Notes: a model not told the origin generated them from the sequence alone. A stretch of DNA of 63,994 nt, filler included, from Archaeoglobus sp. JdFR-37 (GCA_002010215.1; 4 parts of 4 records of this genome joined end to end with filler, not necessarily neighbours in it), one strand, 5' to 3'; positions 38,872 through 48,758 are shown, counted from the first letter of the whole stretch. A program made the numbers and translations.

Positions 38872-39265
38872 GCAGAATCACCTCCGCATCTCTGATCATC
38901 CTCTCATGGTCAAAGGCCAATCTGGGGAGCCTGTTCAGAGGAAATATGGAAACATCCTTTGCATCATCTCCAGCTTTAAGCTCCCCGCCTTCTGGAAGTA
39001 CCACAAAGCATATGGATACGTAGTGCCCCCTCGGATCCCTCTCAGGCTCCGAATAAACTCCTACAAGCTTAAATATCTTTCCTTCGATACCAGTCTCCTC
39101 TTTCACTTCTCTGAGCACAGCATCCTCAACTTTCTCACCATACTCAACTATCCCACCTGGAAGGGCATAGAATCCAGCAAAAGGTTCATTTGCCCTTCTG
39201 ACGAGAATCACTCCATTCTGGTAGGGGATTACAGCATCAACCGTTAACGTTATACATTTTTTCAA
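38849..39265 (-). CDS. NUDIX hydrolase (ADP-ribose pyrophosphatase-like)
   Basis: GGIVEYGE...REVKEETG Nudix box, RDPR, LAFDH. Confidence 0.92.
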   Translation of the reverse strand: MKKCITLTVDAVIPYQNGVILVRRANEPFAGFYALPGGIVEYGEKVEDAVLREVKEETGIEGKIFKLVGVYSEPERDPRGHYVSICFVVLPEGGELKAGDDAKDVSIFPLNRLPRLAFDHERMIRDAEVILHGILSEM

Positions 39266-39906
39266 GAACGAACCTCCTTTATGAACCTCCCATTTTTCAG
39301 GTATTTTGATGAATTAATGCACCACTCTATCTCCCCTATTCTGTCTGCTGTGTGGGCATCGCTTCCAAAGGAGTACCGGAGTTTTCTGGAGGAGGCTCTT
39401 AGCAAAAACTCTGTTGTAGGGCACGTATGATAGGAGTTGAGTTCCACAGCAACATCGTTTTCCACAAGAAGGTCTATGATCTCTAGGTCTCTCTCCTCCC
39501 TCCATCCGTTGTTCATGGAAAAGATGGTGGATTGGAAGTGGCCAAGAATGTCGAATTCACAGTTTTTAAGACAAAGCTCAACCCTCCTGTAATACTCATC
39601 TCCATACACGAGATCATGGATAGAGGCGATTATAACATCAAATTTGAAAGATGGTAGGGATATTTCCCCTCCTGCACCAATTCCACATTCGACACCACTC
39701 AGAATTTCTATATCATACCTATCTATAGCTTCTTCAATCTCTCTCTGCCTCATTGCAGCCTTTCTTTCAGTAAGACCGAAGCGATGCTCTGTGGAGTGGT
39801 CAACTATGGCTATTGCCTTTAAACCCCTTTCCTTTGCCTTCTTTGCAATCTTCATCACACTCATACTGCCGTCAGAGTAACTGGAATGGATATGAAAGTC
39901 ATACAC
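39262..39906 (-). CDS. PHP-domain phosphoesterase
   Basis: DFHIHSSYSDG, VDH, GSDAH. Confidence 0.88.
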   Translation of the reverse strand: MYDFHIHSSYSDGSMSVMKIAKKAKERGLKAIAIVDHSTEHRFGLTERKAAMRQREIEEAIDRYDIEILSGVECGIGAGGEISLPSFKFDVIIASIHDLVYGDEYYRRVELCLKNCEFDILGHFQSTIFSMNNGWREERDLEIIDLLVENDVAVELNSYHTCPTTEFLLRASSRKLRYSFGSDAHTADRIGEIEWCINSSKYLKNGRFIKEVRS

Positions 39907-40014
39907 GTAAAAAATTGGTTACCAGAGTATTTAAATGTGTCTGGATTCCCTGATTCTGCTGCAATTCTAGAGCAATCCTAAGAGAAAAAAGAAGAATTCA
40001 GAAAATTAAAAAAT

Positions 40015-41223
40015 TCAGTCGTAACGTCTTTCTGTTTTCATCCAGAGCGGCGGTTCATCCCATGGAGGCAGTAGTTTGACAAAGATTGCCAGCAGTATGA
40101 AGGGTAGTACCATTATTGCCAAAGCCAGCGTAAGGCTTTCTGGACCGAAGAGGGGCATGATGTAGTATCCATAGCCTCTGAACGTCTTTGAAAGTATCTG
40201 ACCCCCTATGACCACATTCCACCTCATTGCAAAAACGCCTATCAGTGTAAGCAGGGATGCGGAGATGTAGAAGAACTTTCTTACCTTCGCTCTGAACAGC
40301 CCTGTCTTTGACAGCACAAGTAGCGTTATTGGAATGAGCGTACCGAAGAATATCTGGATGATTATGAAGGAGACAAAGAGCTTGTCGTTTATCAGTATAA
40401 GAATGGCGTCAATCCCTTCCTCCTGTGTATACAGGAGATGAGCTATCTCCATGAACTCAAGACCCAGATCCAGTATGTAGGTATACAGCAGGTAACCTGC
40501 CAGTGTATCAACACACTCCATGTCCATCTCTTTACCTCTCAGCTTGGTGCTTGCCATGTATATGAGCAGAACTAGTGCAATTCCCGAAACCATAGCGGAG
40601 AACAGGAAGATGATGGGCATCAGTGGTGAGCTCCACCAGGGATTCGCTTTAACGCTGCCAAATATGAAACCGACGTAACCATGCAGGAAAGCAGCAGAAG
40701 GCAGACCTATAACTGTTATTATGCCTACGAGCTTCTCATCTTTCTTGAGAGTCTCCTCGCTTATGTCGTAGTCGCCCATTGTCAGAATGCGGTAGAGGAA
40801 ACCTCTGAAACCGGTAGCTGTCTGAGCCCATTTAACAACATCTTTCCTGTAGTCATAACCCAGTTCGAGGAGCAAAACGATCAGAAGGTACCATGCATAG
40901 ACGAAGCCGAAACCTGCCATTGCAGAGGTGAGATGAGGCGTAAACATGATTTCAAGGGCCCTTTCTGGATGTCCAAGGTGAGCTACAAGGGGCAGTGGAG
41001 CCGCAAGCAGGAATGCTAGGGCTGTGAGCAGAGCGAGCCTGTATGTAGGCTTGACGGCCTCAACCTTGAAAACCCTCTCCAGTGATGCAACAATGAACGC
41101 TCCAGCAACAAGACCAGTGATATAGGGGTAGAGGGCTATGAGCACGCTCCAGTTCACTTCAACCTCGTTGGGGTATATGAATCCTTCAATGTGATTCAGG
41201 ACTTCCCATAAAATCTCACTCAT
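40015..41223 (-). CDS. NrfD/PsrC-family membrane quinone-interacting subunit
   Basis: YPYITGLVAG, HLGHPER, HGYVGFIFG, RWNVVIGGQ. Confidence 0.88.
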   Translation of the reverse strand: MSEILWEVLNHIEGFIYPNEVEVNWSVLIALYPYITGLVAGAFIVASLERVFKVEAVKPTYRLALLTALAFLLAAPLPLVAHLGHPERALEIMFTPHLTSAMAGFGFVYAWYLLIVLLLELGYDYRKDVVKWAQTATGFRGFLYRILTMGDYDISEETLKKDEKLVGIITVIGLPSAAFLHGYVGFIFGSVKANPWWSSPLMPIIFLFSAMVSGIALVLLIYMASTKLRGKEMDMECVDTLAGYLLYTYILDLGLEFMEIAHLLYTQEEGIDAILILINDKLFVSFIIIQIFFGTLIPITLLVLSKTGLFRAKVRKFFYISASLLTLIGVFAMRWNVVIGGQILSKTFRGYGYYIMPLFGPESLTLALAIMVLPFILLAIFVKLLPPWDEPPLWMKTERRYD

Positions 41224-41988
41224 TTATCGCACCTCCGTATCAATTCCTATGTAGAATACTTTGGGCTTCGTTCCCTGTTCAGGCTTTAAGACAGATATAC
41301 GGTTCTCATCCAGTAATTTGTGAATCTCGTCGTTTGGATCCTTGAGATCGCCAAACTTTCTCGCACCTACTGGACATGCCTCGACGCACGCAGGCTTCAG
41401 GCCTTTAGTTATTCGGTGGTAGCACCATGTGCACTTGTCAGCAGTTCCACGCCTGCTTTTTCTGGGACCGTTAAACGGATAGAGGTATCTTGCCCCATAC
41501 GGGCATGCCTGAATGCAGTATCTGCACCCTATGCAGTATTTTTCGTCAACCAGCACGACGCCATCCTCCGTTTTGTATGTAGCACCAACAGGACACACCT
41601 GGACGCACGGGGGCCGATCGCACTGATTGCAGAGCTTGGGAACGAAATAACTCTTTCTTATGGCTTTCTCATCGTATATAACCGGGAACCCTTCAAATCC
41701 ACCATTTGGAGAATCGACGTAGGGCTCTTCCTCCCCTTTGAGCCAGATATAACGCTCAACCCACGTTCTGAAAAAGAACGGTTCTAAAGGTACTTCATTT
41801 TCCAGTTTACAGGCTCTAACGCATCTTCCACACCCAATGCACTTTGTCGAGTCCACTACGAAACTGTAATAGTGTTTTGACCAGTCATAGTACTCTGTCG
41901 GTTCGGCCCTTGAAGTCTTTGCAGAAACTCCGGCAGCAGTAGCGGAAAGGAGACCAAGAGCCTTCAGGAACTTTCTTCGGGTTATCAT
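41224..41988 (-). CDS. NrfC-like multi-[4Fe-4S] protein with Tat signal
   Basis: TRRKFLK; CIGCGRC, CNQCDRPPC, CIGCRYC, CTWC. Confidence 0.9.
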   Translation of the reverse strand: MITRRKFLKALGLLSATAAGVSAKTSRAEPTEYYDWSKHYYSFVVDSTKCIGCGRCVRACKLENEVPLEPFFFRTWVERYIWLKGEEEPYVDSPNGGFEGFPVIYDEKAIRKSYFVPKLCNQCDRPPCVQVCPVGATYKTEDGVVLVDEKYCIGCRYCIQACPYGARYLYPFNGPRKSRRGTADKCTWCYHRITKGLKPACVEACPVGARKFGDLKDPNDEIHKLLDENRISVLKPEQGTKPKVFYIGIDTEVR

Positions 41989-41991
41989 GTG

Positions 41992-42444
41992 CTACTCACC
42001 TCCAAAAACCCATGGTGAGTGGGGATTGTGGCACACTACACAGAGATTTCCGTTACCGTGGGTGTCCATGTCTATTTGCGGGAAGTCTGCTGGGCGAGAA
42101 GGATTCTGGGCATGACAGAGTCCGCAGAACTCTCTGCTATTATCAACATTGGCAGAAACGATTATGGGATCTTTTGTATGGGAGTATGAGGGCCCATGAC
42201 ACGATTCACAGCTCACTGTGCTGTGGGCACCACCACTCCAGAGATCGTAACGCTCACTGTGACAGTCTTTGCACACTGTTGCGTTGGCATGCTGGGGAGG
42301 CAACTCCATAATCTCCCTGACTGAATCGCCACGATACCAGTCGTATTCACCGAATGTGGGTGGGACGACGAAGCTCCTGATTATCAGGAACAGTATTGCG
42401 GCGGTTATGTACACCATTGCCACTCTAATATGTATTTTCCTCAT
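41992..42444 (-). CDS. Membrane-anchored tetraheme cytochrome c
   Basis: N-terminal TM helix; CKDCH, CESCH, CGLCH, CVVCH. Confidence 0.88.
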   Translation of the reverse strand: MRKIHIRVAMVYITAAILFLIIRSFVVPPTFGEYDWYRGDSVREIMELPPQHANATVCKDCHSERYDLWSGGAHSTVSCESCHGPSYSHTKDPIIVSANVDNSREFCGLCHAQNPSRPADFPQIDMDTHGNGNLCVVCHNPHSPWVFGGE

Positions 42445-42785
42445 ATATTCTCCCTCCGATAAAAATAAAGCCCAAGCACACGTGGATGTTGCGTATATTA
42501 ATTTTTCGAATTATTTTTTCAAAGTTCTCGATTAAACGTGGTCTGAATTTAGTGCTTATTAATATCACACTCCTGAGTTTTAAATAATGTAACTCAATTA
42601 TTTTTAATCAAAATTGTTCCATCTCGTTTACTTGTTTGAATGTTCACCTGTTTAAAAATGGAAGTAGGGCAAAAGCTCCCGACAATCCAAATAATATTAG
42701 AAATCCCCATAAATCTGCTGAAAAAGCCCTGTCAACGGCTATAGTCATTAAAATCAGGGCTAAAAATTTGGATATCAAGTGTTTT

Positions 42786-43190
42786 CTATTCGAAAATGAT
42801 TCCGTAGATTGTGAAGAAGAGCACCGCTGCAACAGTTATCACCCCCAGCAGGACAGCAATGGGCCGCCTTTTTAGATTTACTTCCGGATTTCGGTCTATG
42901 AATGGAACCAAGAAAAGCAGAAGTGGGAACAGAACCATAGAGATAATTATTCCCAATGTTTTTGCTTTTAGTGGTCCTATATCCCAGGTCCAGAACTTAA
43001 GGAATCCGTAAACGTAAAGGAAGTACCATTCAGGAAATATTGGTTTCGGCGTTTCAAAAGGATTTGCTGGCTCCAGAAGACTTGCAGGGAAAAGAGAGGC
43101 CAGCAGAAATATGCTGGCAGCTGTTGTAAACATTATGACAACTTCTCTCAATAGGAAGTTGGGAAAGAAGGCAAGACCTCTGACTCTCAT
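42786..43190 (-). CDS. Cytochrome b6f subunit IV-like (C-terminal part of cytochrome b)
   Basis: ANPFETPKPIFPEWYFL Qo-site motif; three TM helices. Confidence 0.9.
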   Translation of the reverse strand: MRVRGLAFFPNFLLREVVIMFTTAASIFLLASLFPASLLEPANPFETPKPIFPEWYFLYVYGFLKFWTWDIGPLKAKTLGIIISMVLFPLLLFLVPFIDRNPEVNLKRRPIAVLLGVITVAAVLFFTIYGIIFE

Positions 43191-43861
43191 TACAGATACC
43201 TCCCGGAAATTCCGTGAATTCTTACTAGGATGAAATGTATCCCCAACAGCAGAGTCAAGGTTATGGGAAGGACTATTGTGTGGATAGCGTAAAACCTGGA
43301 CAACGTGTTGGGGCCAATTTCATTTCCACCCATCAGAAGTTTCCCGATATAGGAACCCACAATGGGAATTCCGGAGTTTATCTGAATGCCGATGGTTGTT
43401 GCCCAGTATGCGAGCTGATCCCAAGGAAGAAGATAGCCGGTGAAGCCAAAAGCCGTGGTGAGAAGGAAAAGGAGGACACCTATAACCCAGTTAAGCTCTC
43501 TTGGGGGTTTATAAGCTCCAGTGAAGTACACCCTTATCATGTGAAGCATGACTGCTGCAACCATCATATTTGCCGCCCAGTGATGCACACTTCTGATGAA
43601 TGCCCCCATAGGCACTTCCTCCATGATGTATCGGATGCTGTCATATGCTTCATCAGGGGTTGGTTTGTAGTACATGGCTAGAAACATGCCTGTTACCACG
43701 AGAATTATGAAGCAAAGAAAAGCGATTCCTCCGAGACAGTAAACAGGGTTCGTTCTAACACCATCCGAAACATGGGGTGGAACTGGATGTTTTGCAATAG
43801 AATCCCAGTATTTGCTAAGCTTTGTTCTTTTGTCAATCCACTCATAAAGCTGCCTCCTCAT
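43190..43861 (-). CDS. Cytochrome b6-like subunit of a Rieske/cytochrome b complex
   Basis: YCLGG, RSVHHW, MLHMIRV, YKPPRELNW, LPWDQ, RFYAIH, GIHF. Confidence 0.93.
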   Translation of the reverse strand: MRRQLYEWIDKRTKLSKYWDSIAKHPVPPHVSDGVRTNPVYCLGGIAFLCFIILVVTGMFLAMYYKPTPDEAYDSIRYIMEEVPMGAFIRSVHHWAANMMVAAVMLHMIRVYFTGAYKPPRELNWVIGVLLFLLTTAFGFTGYLLPWDQLAYWATTIGIQINSGIPIVGSYIGKLLMGGNEIGPNTLSRFYAIHTIVLPITLTLLLGIHFILVRIHGISGRYL

Positions 43862-43871
43862 TCTTCACACC

Positions 43872-43970
43872 TCACGCATACATAGACAGCGACCTCATGT
43901 ACTCCACATCCTCCCAGCCAACCGCATATACCCCGTCATCCCTCTCCTCAATCTTTATTACAGGAAGGGG
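43872..43970 (-). CDS. C-terminal fragment of a probable Rieske iron-sulfur protein (cut by contig end)
   Basis: PLPVIKIEERDDGVYAVGWEDVEYMRSLSMYA*, typical Rieske C-terminal PLP...DGxYAxG, directly upstream of cytochrome b. Confidence 0.65.
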   Translation of the reverse strand, partial: PLPVIKIEERDDGVYAVGWEDVEYMRSLSMYA

Positions 43971-44070
43971 NNNNNNNNNNNNNNNNNNNNNNNNNNNNNN
44001 NNNNNNNNNNNNNNTTAATTAATTAANNNNNNNNNNNNNNNNNNNNNNNNNNNNNNNNNNNNNNNNNNNN
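43971..44070. other. Artificial contig linker
   Basis: N-run with central TTAATTAATTAA. Confidence 0.98.
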
Positions 44071-44939
44071 GTTGTTTTACCGCTCGCCGTCCCTCCAGCA
44101 AATATCAGGCTCTTCTTGTTTTCTATGCACAGCCAGAGGTAAGCCATCTGTTCCGCTGAGAAAGTACCCCAGGTGATTAAGTTTATGGGAGTTAGGGGCT
44201 CTTTCTTAAATCTTCTAATGGTGAATGTGGAGCCGTGATCCGTAATCTCCCTGCCTAAAGTCATCTGGATTCTACTCCCGTCGGGCATCGTGGCATCAAC
44301 CATGGGCTCTGCTAGGTTGATGTGTTTTCCGCATTGCTGGGCGAGTTTCACAATAAATCTGTCAAGGTAGTCAGGATCATCGAAGATTATGTTCGTTTTC
44401 AGGTTTGTGTAGCGGCTGTGGAAAACATAAACTGGCTTTCCATGACCGTTACAAGAAACGTCTTCGATATAGGGATCGTACATAAATGCAGTAATTCGAT
44501 CATACAGGACAGTTCGCTTGAGTATTTCGTAAAAAACCCTTGCATAAGAGTCTGGAGGGAGAACAAACCTAAAGTCATGGAGTATTTTGTCAACATGCTC
44601 CTTCAGCAACTCCTCTTTTGAACGCTCTGTAACTTCTTCAGGTGCAATGGGGACATATTCCAGCTTTTTTAAAACCTCATCAACAACGTTCCTCTCCTCA
44701 TCGCTGAGTTCAGGTTCATGCAGATAATACATGAGATCCTCATCCTTGGCGAGGATATGAACGCTGGCAAATACATAATCTCCGTATATGGGGTAGCTGG
44801 TGACCTGTTCCCAGCCTTCAGGGGGCTGAAAACTCTTTTCAAGCTCTTTAGCCAATTCTTCAGTGCTCGCGTCAGTTCTCTGCAACTCCTCTTCGGGAGA
44901 CTTGTGAAAAAGTTTCAACTTGTTAATCACAATCATCAT
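44071..44939 (-). CDS. Type II/IV secretion or pilus ATPase (FlaI/VirB11-like), truncated at contig end
   Basis: DPYIEDVSCNG, PDGSRIQ, FTIRRF, Walker A GGTASGKT at the break. Confidence 0.9.
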
Positions 44940-45005
44940 AATAGCATTAAGAGAACAAAAATCTTTTGGTCAATGAGGCTTTCCTGAGAATTCAGAGCTG
45001 CCGCC

Positions 45006-46574
45006 TCACTCGAAAATCTCTACTATCTCCCCCATCCCTTTACTTCTCCCCTCCCTGAAAATGAACTTCTGGCCTGGCAATATGAACTGGGGATGGTACT
45101 TGAAGCGCATTCTCACTCTGCCTCTGTCTCCAGCTTTCAGATATTCCACATCCATTTCTTCAAAAACGACAGTTTCGGATATGGTTTCCAGATGGATTAC
45201 GGGTTCGTATCCGGGCTTTATTCTGGTGGGGTGACTGAAAACGTACACATCAGCTTCAAACTCCCAAACTGTTCTTGGAGGAAGCTTGGTAACAACCATT
45301 CCTCTCCTCAGCTCATCGTATCTCACGCCTTTCACAGCCAGACCTACTATGTCTCCTCTCTCAGCCTTCTCAACCCTGTAATAGTGCATCTCGATGCTCA
45401 GAATCTTCGTCTTCCTGAAACTGCCATCTTGGAACGGGCCTATCAGTACTTCTTCACCCTCTCTAATGACTCCGCTCTTTATACTCCCGCTCACAACAGT
45501 TCCAACTCCGCTGACGCTATATATTCTGTCAATGTACATGATGAAGTCTCTTTCAATGTCTCCTCTTTTAGGCAGGCGATAGAGGAGTTCTTCAAGTAGT
45601 TGATAGCCTTCTAAGGTGATGGATGATACCTCTATAACAGGTACTATCAGATCTTTGCTAGCGACAAGCCGGGCAGCTTTTTTTGCATCTTCTCTGCTCT
45701 TCACAGCATACGGGATCCTTCCGACCTTTCTGAGGGTTAGCGTAACTTCGCTCCAGACTTTTTCCAGCTTCTCCGCATCAACCATATCTGTTTTAGTTAT
45801 TGCAATTATGACTGGCAAGTCCATGGCCAAGAGAATGCCAAGGTGTTCTCTGGTGGTACGCATGATTCCATCATTTGCAGCAACTACCAGCAAACCGTAA
45901 TCTATTTTCTGGCCCAAGAGGCCTCTGATTGTTGTGCGGAGCCAGGGCTCATGCCCGACAGTGTCGACAAACGAAACTATCTTGTCAGCATTTTCCACAA
46001 TCCAGGCCTTCTCCGACTTGCTCAGCGGGTTTTTGAGTCTTATTGGTTTGCCATCTTTAAATCCAAAAACTGCAAAGCTGAGGTCAGCACTAAGACCCCG
46101 TTCAATTTCGTGCTTGAGTACGTCGAGGTATACTCTTGCTGCTCCATCTCCATCGTCAGGTTTTCCTGTCAGCAAACAGCCTACAAGCGTTGACTTGCCG
46201 TGATCAACATGCCCCGCTGTACCAACCAGAATGTGCTCTTTTGGCTTCGCCTTCCCGATTTCAACGATCCCGACAACTCCACCGTTTATTTCGTATTTCT
46301 CCACAGAAATAATTTTGGCACCAATCTCTATGGCCAGCATTTCAAGAACAGATAGTGTTTCATCAAAGCTCTCCTGACTTATCCCTTTCAGGCTGCCAGA
46401 ATCGGAAACACCGACAACATATATCGCCCTGCCTTTCCCCATCAAAAGACGGTGATTCATCTGACAGGCCAGGCTCTGGAATCGCTCAGCCTTCAGATGG
46501 TGAGATGACAGCATCTCCTTGAACTCTACGTTCTCCCTTTCTCCCTCTCTGACTATTTCCAGTAATTTTTCCAT
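45006..46574 (-). CDS. GTPBP1-like translational GTPase with N-terminal AlbA/Schlafen-like domain
   Basis: GERENVEFKE; GHVDHGKST, DTVGH, TKTD; EF-Tu-like domains II and III. Confidence 0.88.
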   Translation of the reverse strand: MEKLLEIVREGERENVEFKEMLSSHHLKAERFQSLACQMNHRLLMGKGRAIYVVGVSDSGSLKGISQESFDETLSVLEMLAIEIGAKIISVEKYEINGGVVGIVEIGKAKPKEHILVGTAGHVDHGKSTLVGCLLTGKPDDGDGAARVYLDVLKHEIERGLSADLSFAVFGFKDGKPIRLKNPLSKSEKAWIVENADKIVSFVDTVGHEPWLRTTIRGLLGQKIDYGLLVVAANDGIMRTTREHLGILLAMDLPVIIAITKTDMVDAEKLEKVWSEVTLTLRKVGRIPYAVKSREDAKKAARLVASKDLIVPVIEVSSITLEGYQLLEELLYRLPKRGDIERDFIMYIDRIYSVSGVGTVVSGSIKSGVIREGEEVLIGPFQDGSFRKTKILSIEMHYYRVEKAERGDIVGLAVKGVRYDELRRGMVVTKLPPRTVWEFEADVYVFSHPTRIKPGYEPVIHLETISETVVFEEMDVEYLKAGDRGRVRMRFKYHPQFILPGQKFIFREGRSKGMGEIVEIFE

Positions 46575-46899
46575 TTTCAAGAACAAGTATGATAATGAAA
46601 ATTTATAACATTTCCGATTTGGTGGACATCCGTTGATTCATGATCAGATTGAGGATTAATAAAAACAGAGTTACAGAGTCTGTCTGGTTTAAAACTCTAA
46701 TAATGGGCTAGATGGAGGGTTAAAAGATAAAATTGACTAAAGGAAATAGAAGGAGTAAAAGGCTCCTGTTTGCTCATTTACGCCTCTTATCGGATCTTAC
46801 ATAGAGTTTTTGAAGTGGGAAGTAATTTCGAGAAGACCTAGTAAGCATTTAACCACAACATTTAAAAATCTCAGAGGTGCGGATTTGCTGCTTAGAAAT

Positions 46900-46997
46900 G
46901 CCCGGGTGGTGTAGCCAGGCCTAACATGCGGGCCTGTCGCGGTTCACAAGTAAACCGCAGAAAGCCCGCGCCTCGGGTTCAAATCCCGGCCCGGGCG
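46900..46997 (+). tRNA. tRNA-Asp(GTC) with a 23-nt intron at position 37/38 (46940-46962)
   Basis: GCCCGGG/CCCGGGC acceptor stem, CTGTCG^A loop, GGTTCAAATCC T-arm; bulge-helix-bulge CG^C / CUGU:GCAG / AA^A. Confidence 0.93.
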
Positions 46998-47055
46998 TGT
47001 CTCCTTTTGGTTTAACCTATTATTTTATCTATCTGATTTTTAAGAGGTGTTTCTG

Positions 47056-47178
47056 ATGTCTGTCATCGATATTCACAACGAGTTAAATCTCTTAGGGTGG
47101 AAAGAGCACGATTATAGAAGAGTTTTACTGAAATATGTGCGACTGTTAGAGCTGACAAGAATGAGAATTATAAACTAA
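47056..47178 (+). pseudogene. Possible degenerate integrase N-terminus downstream of tRNA-Asp
   Basis: GAGGTG RBS; MSVIDIHNELNLLGWKEHDYRRVLLKYVRLL; shares AACGAGTTAA (NEL) with the 48482-48598 relic. Confidence 0.3.
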
Positions 47179-47287
47179 AAAGAGAATTGCAGCTGATTTT
47201 CAGCCTATTCATAAAAATTCACAATTATTAGTCAATAGTATTAAAAAATTTTTTGAGACGTGTAGTCTAGTTCATTTGGTGAAGGGT

Positions 47288-47965
47288 ATGGCGGATATTT
47301 CATCCATCATCAAAAAGCTTGAGCATCTTAAAACAAGAATCGTTTTTAATTCAAGATACCCGATGCTGAGCTTACTATTTCATTATATAGTTCCTTGCTT
47401 TTCCTCAAAAAGGCAGATATTTGTTGTTTTCTCCGATACGATGTGTAGAAGGCTGGAGACTGCATACCTATCGTTCAAAGAAGTGTCTCCGATAAAAGAA
47501 GTTCTCAAAAATGCGCACATAATAAAGGTTGGTTTGAGTGAAGATGTGCCGTTTGGCGTGCTATATGCGCAGATAACCTATGAAGAGCCAAAAGAAGTGC
47601 TCTCGGAGATCGAAGATGTGTTGAGCAAGATGAAAAACGAAGACCTAGTTGTATTTTATGGAGTGCACTTCATACCTGCTCTCTACGGTGCCGATGTTTT
47701 GGGCAACATTTTAAGAATATTCGACGTTTTGCCTAAGAGGATCACTCTATTCGCTCCTGAACCCAACAACGTATATGAAAGACATGTGGACAACCTAATA
47801 CAGAGATTCTATGATGTTGTTCTGAGAATCAAGAGAAGCGAAGATTTTGTGGGGTTCGGTGAGGAAACGTATTTCATTGGGGTTGAGCAGAGCTACGTCT
47901 GGGGTATTCCACCCGGTTTTGCGAGGTTCTGTATTGGAAAGGATGGCAGATTAGAGGAGGTTTAG
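47288..47965 (+). CDS. Hypothetical protein, DUF257/RecA-like fold without a Walker A motif
   Basis: Intact ORF with alpha/beta pattern and FYDVVLRIKR segment; family assignment tentative. Confidence 0.65.
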   Translation: MADISSIIKKLEHLKTRIVFNSRYPMLSLLFHYIVPCFSSKRQIFVVFSDTMCRRLETAYLSFKEVSPIKEVLKNAHIIKVGLSEDVPFGVLYAQITYEEPKEVLSEIEDVLSKMKNEDLVVFYGVHFIPALYGADVLGNILRIFDVLPKRITLFAPEPNNVYERHVDNLIQRFYDVVLRIKRSEDFVGFGEETYFIGVEQSYVWGIPPGFARFCIGKDGRLEEV

Positions 47966-48192
47966 AGGTTTAAAGTACAATGACGAGAAGTTCTTTGGCA
48001 ATCTCAACTCTAACGTAAACCATTTTGCTTTTAAGGCTTTAAACCGAGAATAAAACTGCCGCGTGAGGATAATCAAATAGTCGCTGAAGAGCAGACTATT
48101 CAGAAGATAGATTCTTTTAAGTAGCAAGACAACGAGTCTGCCATAGAGATATCCCGGAATAATTTCACTCTTCAAATGGCTGCTATAACCCC

Positions 48193-48481
48193 CATTGAGT
48201 GATTTCTTTCGTAGCGAGCCCACTTTCTCTACCTCTTTTTGTTCATGTCCTCCTCAACTAATCCATTGTTTACCAGGAGTTCATAGATTGTGTTGTGGGG
48301 GATAAGCAACATATGAGCTTCCCCTATCTTCTTTCCGAGATACACTGGACTTAGATTGTCTATGAGCTTCTAAGACAATCTTCTCTGTGTTTTGATCAAT
48401 CTCCTAGGGTTTTCTTCCTGCTTTTTGAAGGAATAGGATTTTACGGGTTTTCTTGAACTTGTTTATTATCTGGTGGATTCG
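48193..48481 (-). pseudogene. IS481-family transposase relic
   Basis: RIHQIINKFKKT...AGRKP*...IPHNTIYELLVNNGLVEEDMNKKR*RKWARYERNHSM with stops and a frameshift. Confidence 0.7.
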
Positions 48482-48598
48482 TTGTTTTTGTATCTCAAAA
48501 TTAGTTTCTTGTTTTTTTCAGATATTGGGCTTTTTTCCAAGCAGCCTTAACTCGTTATCCAATCTCTTATGGTAGTCGATGGATCTCCATTTTCTCAT
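48482..48598 (-). pseudogene. N-terminal relic of a tyrosine integrase next to the tRNA-Gly 3' end
   Basis: MRKWRSIDYHKRLDNELRLL / EKSPISEKNKKLILRYKN (frameshift). Confidence 0.55.
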
Positions 48599-48684
48599 GT
48601 CCACCCGCTTCATTACTAATTTGCCATTGCTGTCGATATTTATACTCTGTAACTTTGTCCCCGTGCGTCGGACTTCCAAAATAG

Positions 48685-48758
48685 TGCGCCGGCCGGGATT
48701 CGAACCCGGGGCAGGGGCGTGGCAGGCCCCTGTGTTAGCCAGGCTACACCACCGGCGC
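48685..48758 (-). tRNA. tRNA-Gly(GCC)
   Basis: GCGCCGG/CCGGCGC acceptor stem, GGGGC-CTGCCAC-GCCCC anticodon arm, GGTTCGAATCC. Confidence 0.95.

Noticed and set aside
45006..46574. SelB or a Schlafen-type defence protein
   Set aside because: The architecture fits the known euryarchaeal GTPBP1-like family in a housekeeping context; nothing in the window indicates a selenocysteine or defence role.
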